A program made the position numbers and the translations under genes. The notes beneath the pieces are model-generated. The model searched no databases and was not told the origin of the DNA. It saw only the letters and a list, made by a program, of their open reading frames with translations. From positions 128,001-192,000 of the forward strand of contig JBFWRP010000004.1 in assembly GCA_050248855.1 (NCBI GenBank): a stretch of 64,000 nt of DNA, read 5' to 3'. Every line of letters starts with the position of its first letter. Within the stretch, counting starts at the first letter, position 1. Source of the DNA: Planctomycetota bacterium (GTDB lineage: Bacteria; Planctomycetota; PLA2; JAEUHO01). Positions 38,398-46,926 of the stretch are shown one piece after another.

Positions 38398-41004
38398 TCA
38401 CGAGCCGAACCACCAGGACAGGAACTGGGCGACCGCCTTGGCGGACGTCATGGCCGCGGCGTCTTCTTCACGCGCGTGCAGCACGCAGGCGAAGGCCACC
38501 GTGCGACGGCCGGGGGCCTCCGCGAAGCCCGCAAACCAGTGGTGCCATGCCTCTTCCTCGCGGCGGCCGCGCTCGTCGAGGCCGTACTCCCAGGGGCGCC
38601 ATTCGGGCCCCAGCTGCGCGGTGCCGGTCTTGCCGTACACGATGCCGGGCACGCTCTCGAAGCCGGCGTTGCGCGCCGTGCCATCCGCCGAGGTGACCGC
38701 GAGCATGCCCTCGCGCACGATCGCCAGGTGTTCGGGGTCGAGATGGAGGTTCTCGCGGCGCGGTTCGCGGACCCGGCCGTCGACGGCATGCACGGGCTGC
38801 GGCACGGGCAGATAGCCACCGTTGGCGATGGCGCACATGGCTCGCGCCATCTGCAGCGGCGTCGTCAGCACCGGCCCCTGGCCGATGGCGACGTTCGACG
38901 CGTCGTGGGCGTGGATGGCCGCGGCCGCCTCGGGGGTCGTGCGGCCGAGGTCCTTGGCGAAGCGCAGCTTGAACCAGACGTGGCCGCCGCGGGCCGGATC
39001 GCCGACCACGCCTGCGCGGTTGCTGGCGACGAGCTCGCTCCAGGAGGCGGGAACGGCGGCCGTGCCACGCGAGGGCAGCACGGTCCACGGGGCCGGCGTG
39101 GCGGCACGCACGTCGAAGGTCAGCGTGACGTCGCGGTCACGGTCCCCGTCCCGCGTGACGCCGACGCGAACGCGCGTGGCGCCGCTGGCCCGGTGCACGA
39201 CGCGCACGGCCTCGGCCAGGTGGAGCCGCGCTCGCGCCGGACTTCCGCCCACCGTACCGGGCGCCTTGCGATCCGGCTGGAAGTCGAGCTCGACCTCGAG
39301 GGGCCGGGCCGCGTCCCCGTCCCCCCCGGCACGCAGATCGTCCTGGGCGCCGGCGACCACGCTGGCCAGGGGAAAGTCGTAGCCCCCCGCGAGCCACGTG
39401 CCCGCATGCCACTCGGGGTAGCTGGGGTCGGGATGGGTGCCGAAGCCAAAGCGCGGCAGGTACCGACCAAGCGCCGCCAGGCGCGTGCTCGTCTGCGAGG
39501 GGTCGGCGCCGTGACGCACCCAGTGGGCGAAGTACTTGTTGCACGAGTGCTCGAGGGCACCGATCAGGTCGACATCGCCGCAGCCATGGCAGCCGGGCCC
39601 CCCGGCGTGCGCGCTGCAGCCGAAGTGCCACTCGGGGCGCAGGTAGCCCGTGCCGAGCAGGCCCAACGCCACGAAGGTCTTGAACGTACTGCCCGGTTCG
39701 ATCGCGATCTGCGACACGCGGCTGACACCGGGGCCGATCGGAGCGCTCAGCCGGTCGCGCCACGTCGCGAGGTCGAGCCCCGCGGGCAGGGCCCGGACCG
39801 GCAGCCACTCGCGTCGCTGGCGGTCGGGCACGCGATCGCGGTAGAGGTCCGTGAAGAGCGTGCTCACGTCGCTCTGCAGGTCGAAGCCCGGGATCTCGGC
39901 CCAGACGAGGATCTCACCACTCTCCGCGTCGAGCAGGACGAGCGCGCCCGACGGCCGGGCATGCGGGTGGTACTTGTCGCGCGTCGCGATGTCCACCAGC
40001 ACCTGCCGGGCCTTCTCCGACGCCGCCACATCCAGCGCCAGCGTCACGTCGAGCCCGGGCACCGGACGCACCTCGTCCAGGACGCGCGTGAAGTGGCCGT
40101 CGTCGTCGCGGAGCAGCTCCTGGTACCCCGGGCGCCCTTGCAGCACGTCATCGAGCGCCCGCTCCACGCCCGTACGCCCGATTCGCGTGTCCCCGTCGGC
40201 GCCGCGCACGGTCATGCGCAACTTCTCGAGCTCCTCGGCGTCGACGACCTTGGTGGCGTAGCCGACGAGGTGAGGGGCCGCTTCGCCGAACTCGGCACGG
40301 CGGCGCAAGTCGTGGCGCACGAGGAAGCCGCGGAACGCCTCCTGCTCGTCGGTCAGGAGCAGGCGCGCGACGTCGTCGCCGATCCCCGTCTCCAGCACGT
40401 AGGGTCGTCGCAGCATGTCCTCGAGGAACGCGCGCTCGCGTGTGTCGAGGAAGAGATCGATGCCGTCCGCTTCGAGCGCCCGACGGAAGAGACCCGTCAG
40501 GCGGTAGATCTCCTGGATGCGCTGCTGGCCGCGGGCGAGCAGCGTTCCGGGCTCGAGCCCGAGCGCCGTGTCGAGCGGCGTGTAGTCGGGTGGCGGGAGG
40601 TCGAGGATGGTGGGCTCGGGCTTGCGACCGGTGCCGCGGCACGCCTCGACCTGGCAGGCGCAGATGCGCGAAGGCGAGGGCTTGGGATCGTCGGGGTAGA
40701 GCTGCGGGCGCCACGAACGCACGAGCCCGCACTCGGTGCAGCGTCCGCTGCGGTTGCCGAGCAGCTCCCACGGCAGCACGGCCAGCTGCAGCGTGGCCTG
40801 GTCGTAGGCCAGGGGGCGACCGCTGCGATCCAGGATGCGACCGCGCGGGGCCTGGAGGATCTCGGTCCGGGCGCGCAAGCGCCACGCCGCGTCCTCCCAC
40901 TCCGCGCGGTCCACGGTCTGCATCCAGATCGTGCGCAGGAGGATGACGCCCAGCGCCACCAGGAAGGCCACGTAGAGGACGACGACCCTACGCCGAAAGC
41001 GCAC
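38398..41004 (-). CDS. mrdA: Class B penicillin-binding protein (PBP2) with insertions
   Basis: APRGRILDR, GRTGVE, EPGSTFK (SxxK), SCN (SxN), AIGQG and GKTGTAQ; lies in the mre operon. Confidence 0.88.
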   Translation of the reverse strand: MRFRRRVVVLYVAFLVALGVILLRTIWMQTVDRAEWEDAAWRLRARTEILQAPRGRILDRSGRPLAYDQATLQLAVLPWELLGNRSGRCTECGLVRSWRPQLYPDDPKPSPSRICACQVEACRGTGRKPEPTILDLPPPDYTPLDTALGLEPGTLLARGQQRIQEIYRLTGLFRRALEADGIDLFLDTRERAFLEDMLRRPYVLETGIGDDVARLLLTDEQEAFRGFLVRHDLRRRAEFGEAAPHLVGYATKVVDAEELEKLRMTVRGADGDTRIGRTGVERALDDVLQGRPGYQELLRDDDGHFTRVLDEVRPVPGLDVTLALDVAASEKARQVLVDIATRDKYHPHARPSGALVLLDAESGEILVWAEIPGFDLQSDVSTLFTDLYRDRVPDRQRREWLPVRALPAGLDLATWRDRLSAPIGPGVSRVSQIAIEPGSTFKTFVALGLLGTGYLRPEWHFGCSAHAGGPGCHGCGDVDLIGALEHSCNKYFAHWVRHGADPSQTSTRLAALGRYLPRFGFGTHPDPSYPEWHAGTWLAGGYDFPLASVVAGAQDDLRAGGDGDAARPLEVELDFQPDRKAPGTVGGSPARARLHLAEAVRVVHRASGATRVRVGVTRDGDRDRDVTLTFDVRAATPAPWTVLPSRGTAAVPASWSELVASNRAGVVGDPARGGHVWFKLRFAKDLGRTTPEAAAAIHAHDASNVAIGQGPVLTTPLQMARAMCAIANGGYLPVPQPVHAVDGRVREPRRENLHLDPEHLAIVREGMLAVTSADGTARNAGFESVPGIVYGKTGTAQLGPEWRPWEYGLDERGRREEEAWHHWFAGFAEAPGRRTVAFACVLHAREEDAAAMTSAKAVAQFLSWWFGS

Positions 41005-41497
41005 GGCGCCTCCCGAGCAGGCCTTCCAGCGCCTGGGTGCGGTCGAGGAGCGCCGAGAGCGGGATGGCGAGCACGGTGGTCCAGAGCGCCGTCATGACGG
41101 CGCCGCCGAAGGCGGGGCCCAACGGGCCGACGCTGGCGTAGGGCAACACGCGCAGCGCATGCACCCAGCCCGCGAGGCACGTGCCGAGGAAGATGATCAG
41201 GAGGCCCGCGACGCCGTCGAGTCGCCCCCGGCCGCGCCCGCCCTCGGCGAGCAGCCACGCAACGAAGCCCAGGACGAACGCGTGCGTCCCAAGCGGGTCG
41301 AGGGACAGGCAGTCCTTGAGCACGCCCAGCGTGATGCTCCAGCCGACGGCCGCATACGCGCGCGCACGGCTGGCCAGGTACAGGGCGAGCAGCGCGAACA
41401 GGTCGGGCGGCCACGTGGACAGTCCGAGCGCATCCGGCATGAGGTCGGGGAGTGCCGCCCCCAGGAGCACCAAGAGGAGAAGCGTGACCGGTGCCAC
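40988..41497 (-). CDS. mreD: Rod shape-determining protein MreD
   Basis: Hydrophobic 169-aa protein with PDLFALL and GVLKDCLS..PLG, between mreC and PBP2. Confidence 0.82.
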   Translation of the reverse strand: MAPVTLLLLVLLGAALPDLMPDALGLSTWPPDLFALLALYLASRARAYAAVGWSITLGVLKDCLSLDPLGTHAFVLGFVAWLLAEGGRGRGRLDGVAGLLIIFLGTCLAGWVHALRVLPYASVGPLGPAFGGAVMTALWTTVLAIPLSALLDRTQALEGLLGRRRALSA

Positions 41498-41501
41498 GGC
41501 C

Positions 41502-42347
41502 TCAGCGGTCCACGCGCGGGTCGCGCGGCAGGCGCAACACCACGACCTCGGTGATGCGATCCGGATCGACCAGCGGGATCATCCGCAGCCGGGGCATGCC
41601 GTCGCGGTCGGCATCGGCGAGCTCCGCCACGCGACCGACGAGGAGCCCGGCGGGCATCTGCGGGTCCTGGTTGGCGGAGACGACGGGCGCACCCCGCTCG
41701 ATGCGACCGTCGGCGGGCGTCCAGCGGACGAACTCGATCGCCAGCGCGTCGAGCCCGTCGATCGACCCCTCGCGCCGCGTCCAGCCGCGCAGTCGCTGCC
41801 CCGTGGACGTGACGACGAAGACCTCGAGCCTGCTCTGCCGATCGCTCGCGAGCTGGGCGAGCGCCGAACCGGGCCACGCCACCTCGATGCGCCCGAGCAG
41901 CACGCCGTCGTAGACCACGGGCTGTCCACGCGCGATGCCCGCATCACTCCCCACGTCGAGCAGCAACGAGCGGCGCCCCGGGGACGCGTCACGCGCGCGC
42001 AGCACGCGGGCGGACGTGAGCGAGGGAACCTGTTGCAGGCGATCGGCACCGAGCGTGGCGGCCAGCGCCCCGGCCTGCTGGAGCCGCTCGCGCAGGACGA
42101 CGTTGTCGTACCAGAGGCGGAGCACCTCGCGATCGCGCGCGGCGACCAGCTCCCGGGGGGCGTCCTCGTCGCCGCGGGCACCCTCGCCTGCGAGCAGCCG
42201 CGGGTTGAGCGCGGGAACCTCGGCGAGCCAGTTGAGCACCTGCCCGACGGGCTTCTCGACGGGATCCACGCCTCCCGGACGCAGCACCGGCAGCGCGAAC
42301 CAGAGGACCAAGACGGCTCCCCAGGCGTGACGCTTGCGCAGGCGCAT
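41502..42347 (-). CDS. mreC: Rod shape-determining protein MreC
   Basis: TM, short coiled coil, ARVLRAR, LDVGSDAGI, GVLLGRI and PAGLLVGRV. Confidence 0.85.
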   Translation of the reverse strand: MRLRKRHAWGAVLVLWFALPVLRPGGVDPVEKPVGQVLNWLAEVPALNPRLLAGEGARGDEDAPRELVAARDREVLRLWYDNVVLRERLQQAGALAATLGADRLQQVPSLTSARVLRARDASPGRRSLLLDVGSDAGIARGQPVVYDGVLLGRIEVAWPGSALAQLASDRQSRLEVFVVTSTGQRLRGWTRREGSIDGLDALAIEFVRWTPADGRIERGAPVVSANQDPQMPAGLLVGRVAELADADRDGMPRLRMIPLVDPDRITEVVVLRLPRDPRVDR

Positions 42348-42461
42348 CGGCTCTCTACCAGGGCTAGGGGGCCTTGACCGGACGGACCCCCAGGCGTAGT
42401 GCCATTCGACACCCCGGGGGGGACACGTCAAGCCCCCCCGCCAGCCCAGCCCGCCTGCCTG

Positions 42462-43514
42462 CTAGTCGTCGCTTTCGTCCATCGCGATCCGCAGGTCCTG
42501 GATCTTCTCCAAGAAGACCCCGGTGCCGCGCGCGACGGCCGTGAGGGGGTCCTCGGCGACGCGCACGGGGAGGTCGATCTCCTCGGCGATCACCCGATCC
42601 AGCCCCCGCAGGAGCGATCCGCCGCCCGCCATGACCACGCCGCTGTCGACCAGGTCGGCGGCGAGCTCGGGAGGCGTGGCCTCGAGCGTGGTCTTGACGG
42701 TCTCCACGACGCCGCGCACGGGCTCCTGCAGCGCCTCGCGGATCTCCTCGCTGGTGACGACGACCTTGCGCGGCAGACCCTTCTTCAGGTCGCGGCCGCG
42801 CACGTCCATGGTCATCTCGCGCTTGAGCGGATACGCCGAACCGATGCCGATCTTGACCTTCTCGGCCGTCTGCTCGCCGATGAGCAGGTTGTAGGTGTTG
42901 CGCATGTGCTCGACGATGGCCGCGTCCATCGCATCGCCGGCCACGCGCATGGAGCGCGCCTCCACGATGCCGGCCAGCGAGATCACGGCCACCTCCGTCG
43001 TGCCGCCGCCGATGTCGACGATCATGCTGGCCTGCGGCTCGGTGATGGGCAGGCCCACGCCGATGCCGGCCGCCATGGGCTCCTCGATGAGGTAGACCTT
43101 GCGAGCACCGGCCCGCTCCGCGGAGTTGATGACCGCGCGGCGCTCCACGGGCGTGATGCCGTAGGGGATCGCGATCACCACGCGCGGATGAACGGCCCAG
43201 GTGCGGTCGTGCACCTTGTGGATGAAGTAGCGGAGCATCGCCTCGGTGATCTCGAAATCGGCGATGACGCCGTCCTTCAGCGGACGGATGGCCACGATGT
43301 TGCCCGGGGTCTTGCCGAGCATCTCCTTGGCGGTGTCACCGACCGCCCGCCCCTCGAGCAGCACCTTGCTCGTGCCCTTCTTGACGGCGACGACGCTGGG
43401 CTCGTTGAGGATGATGCCGCGCCCCTGGACGCAAACCAGGGTGTTGGCCGTGCCCAGGTCGATCCCCATGTCGACCGAGAACTTGCCGATGAGCCACTCG
43501 AGGAGCTTGGGCAT
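42462..43514 (-). CDS. mreB: Actin-like rod shape-determining protein MreB
   Basis: GIDLGTANT, NEPSVVA, RPLKDGVIADF, IVDIGGGTTEVA and AGGGSLL motifs. Confidence 0.97.
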   Translation of the reverse strand: MPKLLEWLIGKFSVDMGIDLGTANTLVCVQGRGIILNEPSVVAVKKGTSKVLLEGRAVGDTAKEMLGKTPGNIVAIRPLKDGVIADFEITEAMLRYFIHKVHDRTWAVHPRVVIAIPYGITPVERRAVINSAERAGARKVYLIEEPMAAGIGVGLPITEPQASMIVDIGGGTTEVAVISLAGIVEARSMRVAGDAMDAAIVEHMRNTYNLLIGEQTAEKVKIGIGSAYPLKREMTMDVRGRDLKKGLPRKVVVTSEEIREALQEPVRGVVETVKTTLEATPPELAADLVDSGVVMAGGGSLLRGLDRVIAEEIDLPVRVAEDPLTAVARGTGVFLEKIQDLRIAMDESDD

Positions 43515-43651
43515 GTGCGACCTGTCACCGCCCTCACCGCCGCGCGCCGGCCGGGGTACGGCCCCGCTGTTCTACCCGCGTGTGGCGACGGCGCGACCCG
43601 GGACGGGCGGCCGCTTGCCGAGGGTCAGGTCGCGCCCGGACGAGCGGGCGG

Positions 43652-43840
43652 CTAGCTGCCGCCGACGAGCGGCTGGCTCTTGTCCGCGAACATGCCTGCG
43701 CCGTAGTGGTCCTTGAGGGCCTTCTGGGCCAGGAACACCGACAGCGCGAGCAGGACGAACGTGATGTAGACCAGCGCGTTGCCCAGGCCCTCCTTGGGGG
43801 CCGTGGTCTCGTCGTGGTCCTCGTAGATGTCGCGTGCCAT
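43652..43840 (-). CDS. Small single-TM hypothetical protein (62 aa)
   Basis: GGAGAG SD before ATG; one TM (LVYITFVLLALSVFLA); coding-like codon bias. Confidence 0.72.
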   Translation of the reverse strand: MARDIYEDHDETTAPKEGLGNALVYITFVLLALSVFLAQKALKDHYGAGMFADKSQPLVGGS

Positions 43841-43939
43841 GGGTCTCTCTCCGCGGGGCGCCGGATCTGTCGGGTCAGGGAGGCCACGGGCCGGGGCGAC
43901 GGGTCCGCCCGCCGCCCCTACCCCGCGCTCGCCTGGCGA

Positions 43940-44003
43940 GCATGCCTTCTAGCGGGCATGCCTTTCAGCGGGCATGCCTTTCAGCGGGCATGCCTTCTAG
44001 CGT
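43940..44003. repeat. 16-bp tandem repeat x4
   Basis: GCATGCCTTCTAGCGG, GCATGCCTTTCAGCGG x2, GCATGCCTTCTAGCGT. Confidence 0.93.
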
Positions 44004-44836
44004 GCATTGTGGATGTCGTCGCCGGACTGGATCGGCCCCTTGGCATCACCGACGATGAAGCCGGAGGACTGCTTGGCCTGGACGTCGTCGATCTGGAGAT
44101 CGCCGAGGTACGTGCTGCCGCGCGAGATCATGTAGAGGAAGCCGGGGCGGACACCGTCCTCGGCACCCAGCGAGATCACGATGGCCCGCGGGCCAGCCAC
44201 GTTCAGGACCTTGCCGCTGTGCGGGGGCTGCGAGGCGACCTCGACGCCGGGGAACCGCTCGCGGAACACGCGCAGCGAGAACTCCTGGGCGCGGATCTTC
44301 TCGTTGGCGTCCTCGAGCTTGCTCTCGAGGTCCTTGATCTGGGCCTGGGCCCGATCCAGCGCCAGCTCCTTGGCGTTCAGGATCTGGGTGCCCTGGTTGC
44401 GGCTCTCCTGGAGCGAGGCGATCTGCTCACGCTGCGTGGACATCGTCTCCTGCTGCGTGGTGATCAGGTCGCGGTTGGCGTTGAGCGTGTTCGCCATGCG
44501 ATCCACGGTCCGCGCCATCACGCTGTGGTTCTCGGCGAGCGTGTTGTAGGCGGCCTGCAGCTGCTGGTTCTCGCTGAGCAGGCGGCCGTTCTCGGTCTCG
44601 GCCTTGGCCTTGGCCGCGTTGGCCGAGCGCAAGTTCGAGTCCGCATTGCGGAGATCGTTCTTGGTCGAGTCCAGCTGCTCGTTGAGGTCTGCCCGAACAC
44701 GATCGGCGTCTGCGACGGCCTTGTCGTGCTTGGACTTCCAGGTGTCCTGCTGACCGAGGATGCTCCCGATGCTCGCGAGGAACCCGACTGCAAGCAGCAG
44801 GTTCACGACGACGAGGATCTTGGCGAGGGTGCTCAT
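43997..44836 (-). CDS. Membrane-anchored coiled-coil protein with a C-terminal beta domain
   Basis: MSTLAKILVVVNLLLAVGFL, a long heptad N/Q/E/K-rich region and the C-terminal ISLGAEDGVRPG motif. Confidence 0.85.
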   Translation of the reverse strand: MSTLAKILVVVNLLLAVGFLASIGSILGQQDTWKSKHDKAVADADRVRADLNEQLDSTKNDLRNADSNLRSANAAKAKAETENGRLLSENQQLQAAYNTLAENHSVMARTVDRMANTLNANRDLITTQQETMSTQREQIASLQESRNQGTQILNAKELALDRAQAQIKDLESKLEDANEKIRAQEFSLRVFRERFPGVEVASQPPHSGKVLNVAGPRAIVISLGAEDGVRPGFLYMISRGSTYLGDLQIDDVQAKQSSGFIVGDAKGPIQSGDDIHNAR

Positions 44837-45114
44837 GCGACGTCTCCCTGACCGACCCCCTCCCGAGGGGTCCGCCTCCCTGTGGCCCGCATCCTACCCG
44901 GAACGGACCGACTGCCAGCCCTGTCTTGGCGGCCTTGAACGGCCTCCAGCCCACGCCGGCGCGCCGACACGACCTCCCTGCCTCGGAGGCGTGCCGTCGG
45001 TGCGCGGGGGTTGTCCCAAGGCCGCGTAGCGGAGTCAAACGTTTTCGTTCCGTCACGGGCGGGATCGGGGGAGCGGAGGGCGCCGCGGCGATCGCCGCTG
45101 GTCAAACGCGCTTA

Positions 45115-46926
45115 CTAGGAGCGAACGCCGCGTCTCCAAGCCCCGAGGGCCAGGAGCAGGAGGCCCGCAGCAAACCAGACCAGGTCCCCCATCCGCACGT
45201 AGGGCGTCCGCTCCGGGTCGGCCACGAGCGGGCCCGTGGCCCAGCCCTCGACGAAGGTGGTGGCCAAGGCCCCCGCGGGAGCTGCCTGGGGGTCCACGCC
45301 ACGCCGGTAGAAGCGCCCGTAGAGGCGGCCGACCGGGTCCACGAACACCGTCGGACCCGTGTTGCCGGCCATGACGACCGTCGTGCGCGTCTCCGCCGCG
45401 CGCAGCCTCGCCAGGGCCAGCACCTGGGCGCGGAAGTCGCTCTGCCCGAACCACCCGTAGTTGGCCGGGTTCAGCAGCACGTCGGCGCCGCGCTCCCGCC
45501 AGCCTCGGCAGGTGGCCGGGAACGCGAGGTCGAAGCAGATCACGGAGCCCACGTGCAACACCGCGTGGCCCGGTGGCCGCTCGCCGGTGATCCACGGGGG
45601 GCCCAGCTCCAGGCGAAACGGCGGCTGGTCGGGGTCGCCGGGCTCGAGCTCGGGGATGGCCGCCACGAGGTCGCGCACCCTCTTCAGGAACGGCAGCATG
45701 CCGCCGAGCGGCGTGTACTCGCCGCCGGGCACGAGGTTGACCTTGTCGTGGCGCGCAACCGGCCCAGCCCAAGGGGGGCGCGCCTCGCCCACGGGCGGTC
45801 GCGGCAGCGGCTCCGTGGGCGGAGGCACGCGTGCCGGCCGGACGTGCACGAGGCTGTCGCGCTCGGGCAGCTCGGCGAGCGATCCGCGGGCGCGACCGTC
45901 CGGGTGCGGATGACGGGAGAGCACGCCGAGGAAGACGTCGAGGTCGCGGGCGCCGGTCACGTCGGTCTGCACGCGGCGTACGACGGACACCTCGTCGCGC
46001 CACGCGGGCGGGTAGCGCGCCTCCAGCCCCTCGGCGAGCCACGTCCACGGCACCATCGTCTCGGGCCAGAGCAGGCCCGCCAGCGGGTTGTCGCCTGCCG
46101 CCGCGAGGGCCTCGCTCGAGATCTCGAGGTGCCGATCGAAGAGCTCGTTGCGCGTCGGCCCTCCGGCGTTCTTCAAGGCCTGCGGGATGTTGGCCTGCAC
46201 GGCCACGAAGTCGGCGTCCGACACGAACGCCTCGCCCGACGCGCGTCGCGCGTCGTGCCCTTCGCGGGCGGTGCGCGCCGCGAGCGCGAGCACGAACAGC
46301 GCGACGACGGGGACGAGCGCGCCCACGAGCACGCTGCGCGCCGCGCGACGACGGTCGGCGCCCTCGAAGCGGGCAAGACGGGCCGCCCCATACAGCAGCG
46401 CCGAGGTACTGCCCGCCACGAAGGTGAACGCATAGGCACCCACGAGCCCGGCCGCCGGGACGAGCGCGGCAAGGGCCTGGCCCGCCGGCGCCTCGCTGGC
46501 GAAAGCGAGGGAGCGCAGGGGCCACGGCATGCCGCCCATCCACACGGTGCGCAGCATCTCCTCGAACACGGCCGCCACGCCGACGCCTGCGACGAAGGGC
46601 ACGCGCAAGCGCGCCAGCAGGCGGATGGCCAGCCCGAACAGGAGGTACACGGGTCCGAGCACGAAGGCGGCCGCCGGCACCTCGGCGGGATGGACCTCGC
46701 CGAGCCATCGAAGCAGGAGCGCGTAGTGCGCCATGCCGTAGAGCCAGGCCCAGCGCTTCCAGTGCCGTCCGCCGTCGAGGAACAACAGGACCAAGAAGGG
46801 CAGGTCAGCCGCCAAGACCAACGGCGGCAGGGGGCCGGGCGGCGTCGACAAGAGGCCCAGGGCCGCACCCACGCACACGAGGGCGATGCGTACGCCCGGT
46901 CCGACCGACGTGCCCGTCCCCTTCAC
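45115..46926 (-). CDS. lnt: Apolipoprotein N-acyltransferase
   Basis: N-terminal TMs, GGMPW, VQANIPQ, WPET, KVNLVPGGEY, ICFD, NYGWFG and GNTGPT. Confidence 0.9.
   Translation of the reverse strand: MKGTGTSVGPGVRIALVCVGAALGLLSTPPGPLPPLVLAADLPFLVLLFLDGGRHWKRWAWLYGMAHYALLLRWLGEVHPAEVPAAAFVLGPVYLLFGLAIRLLARLRVPFVAGVGVAAVFEEMLRTVWMGGMPWPLRSLAFASEAPAGQALAALVPAAGLVGAYAFTFVAGSTSALLYGAARLARFEGADRRRAARSVLVGALVPVVALFVLALAARTAREGHDARRASGEAFVSDADFVAVQANIPQALKNAGGPTRNELFDRHLEISSEALAAAGDNPLAGLLWPETMVPWTWLAEGLEARYPPAWRDEVSVVRRVQTDVTGARDLDVFLGVLSRHPHPDGRARGSLAELPERDSLVHVRPARVPPPTEPLPRPPVGEARPPWAGPVARHDKVNLVPGGEYTPLGGMLPFLKRVRDLVAAIPELEPGDPDQPPFRLELGPPWITGERPPGHAVLHVGSVICFDLAFPATCRGWRERGADVLLNPANYGWFGQSDFRAQVLALARLRAAETRTTVVMAGNTGPTVFVDPVGRLYGRFYRRGVDPQAAPAGALATTFVEGWATGPLVADPERTPYVRMGDLVWFAAGLLLLALGAWRRGVRS

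Noticed and set aside
38920..39380. Intein in PBP2
   Set aside because: No C/S start with an HN-C/S/T end, and no LAGLIDADG motifs.
38287..41097. Long plus-strand ORFs (936 aa here; also 44926..47994, 54478..57597, 29729..32317)
   Set aside because: They are antisense to well-supported genes, have no recognisable motifs, and show shadow-ORF composition.
43940..44003. CRISPR array
   Set aside because: The 16-bp units are directly adjacent with no spacers, and there are no cas genes in the window.
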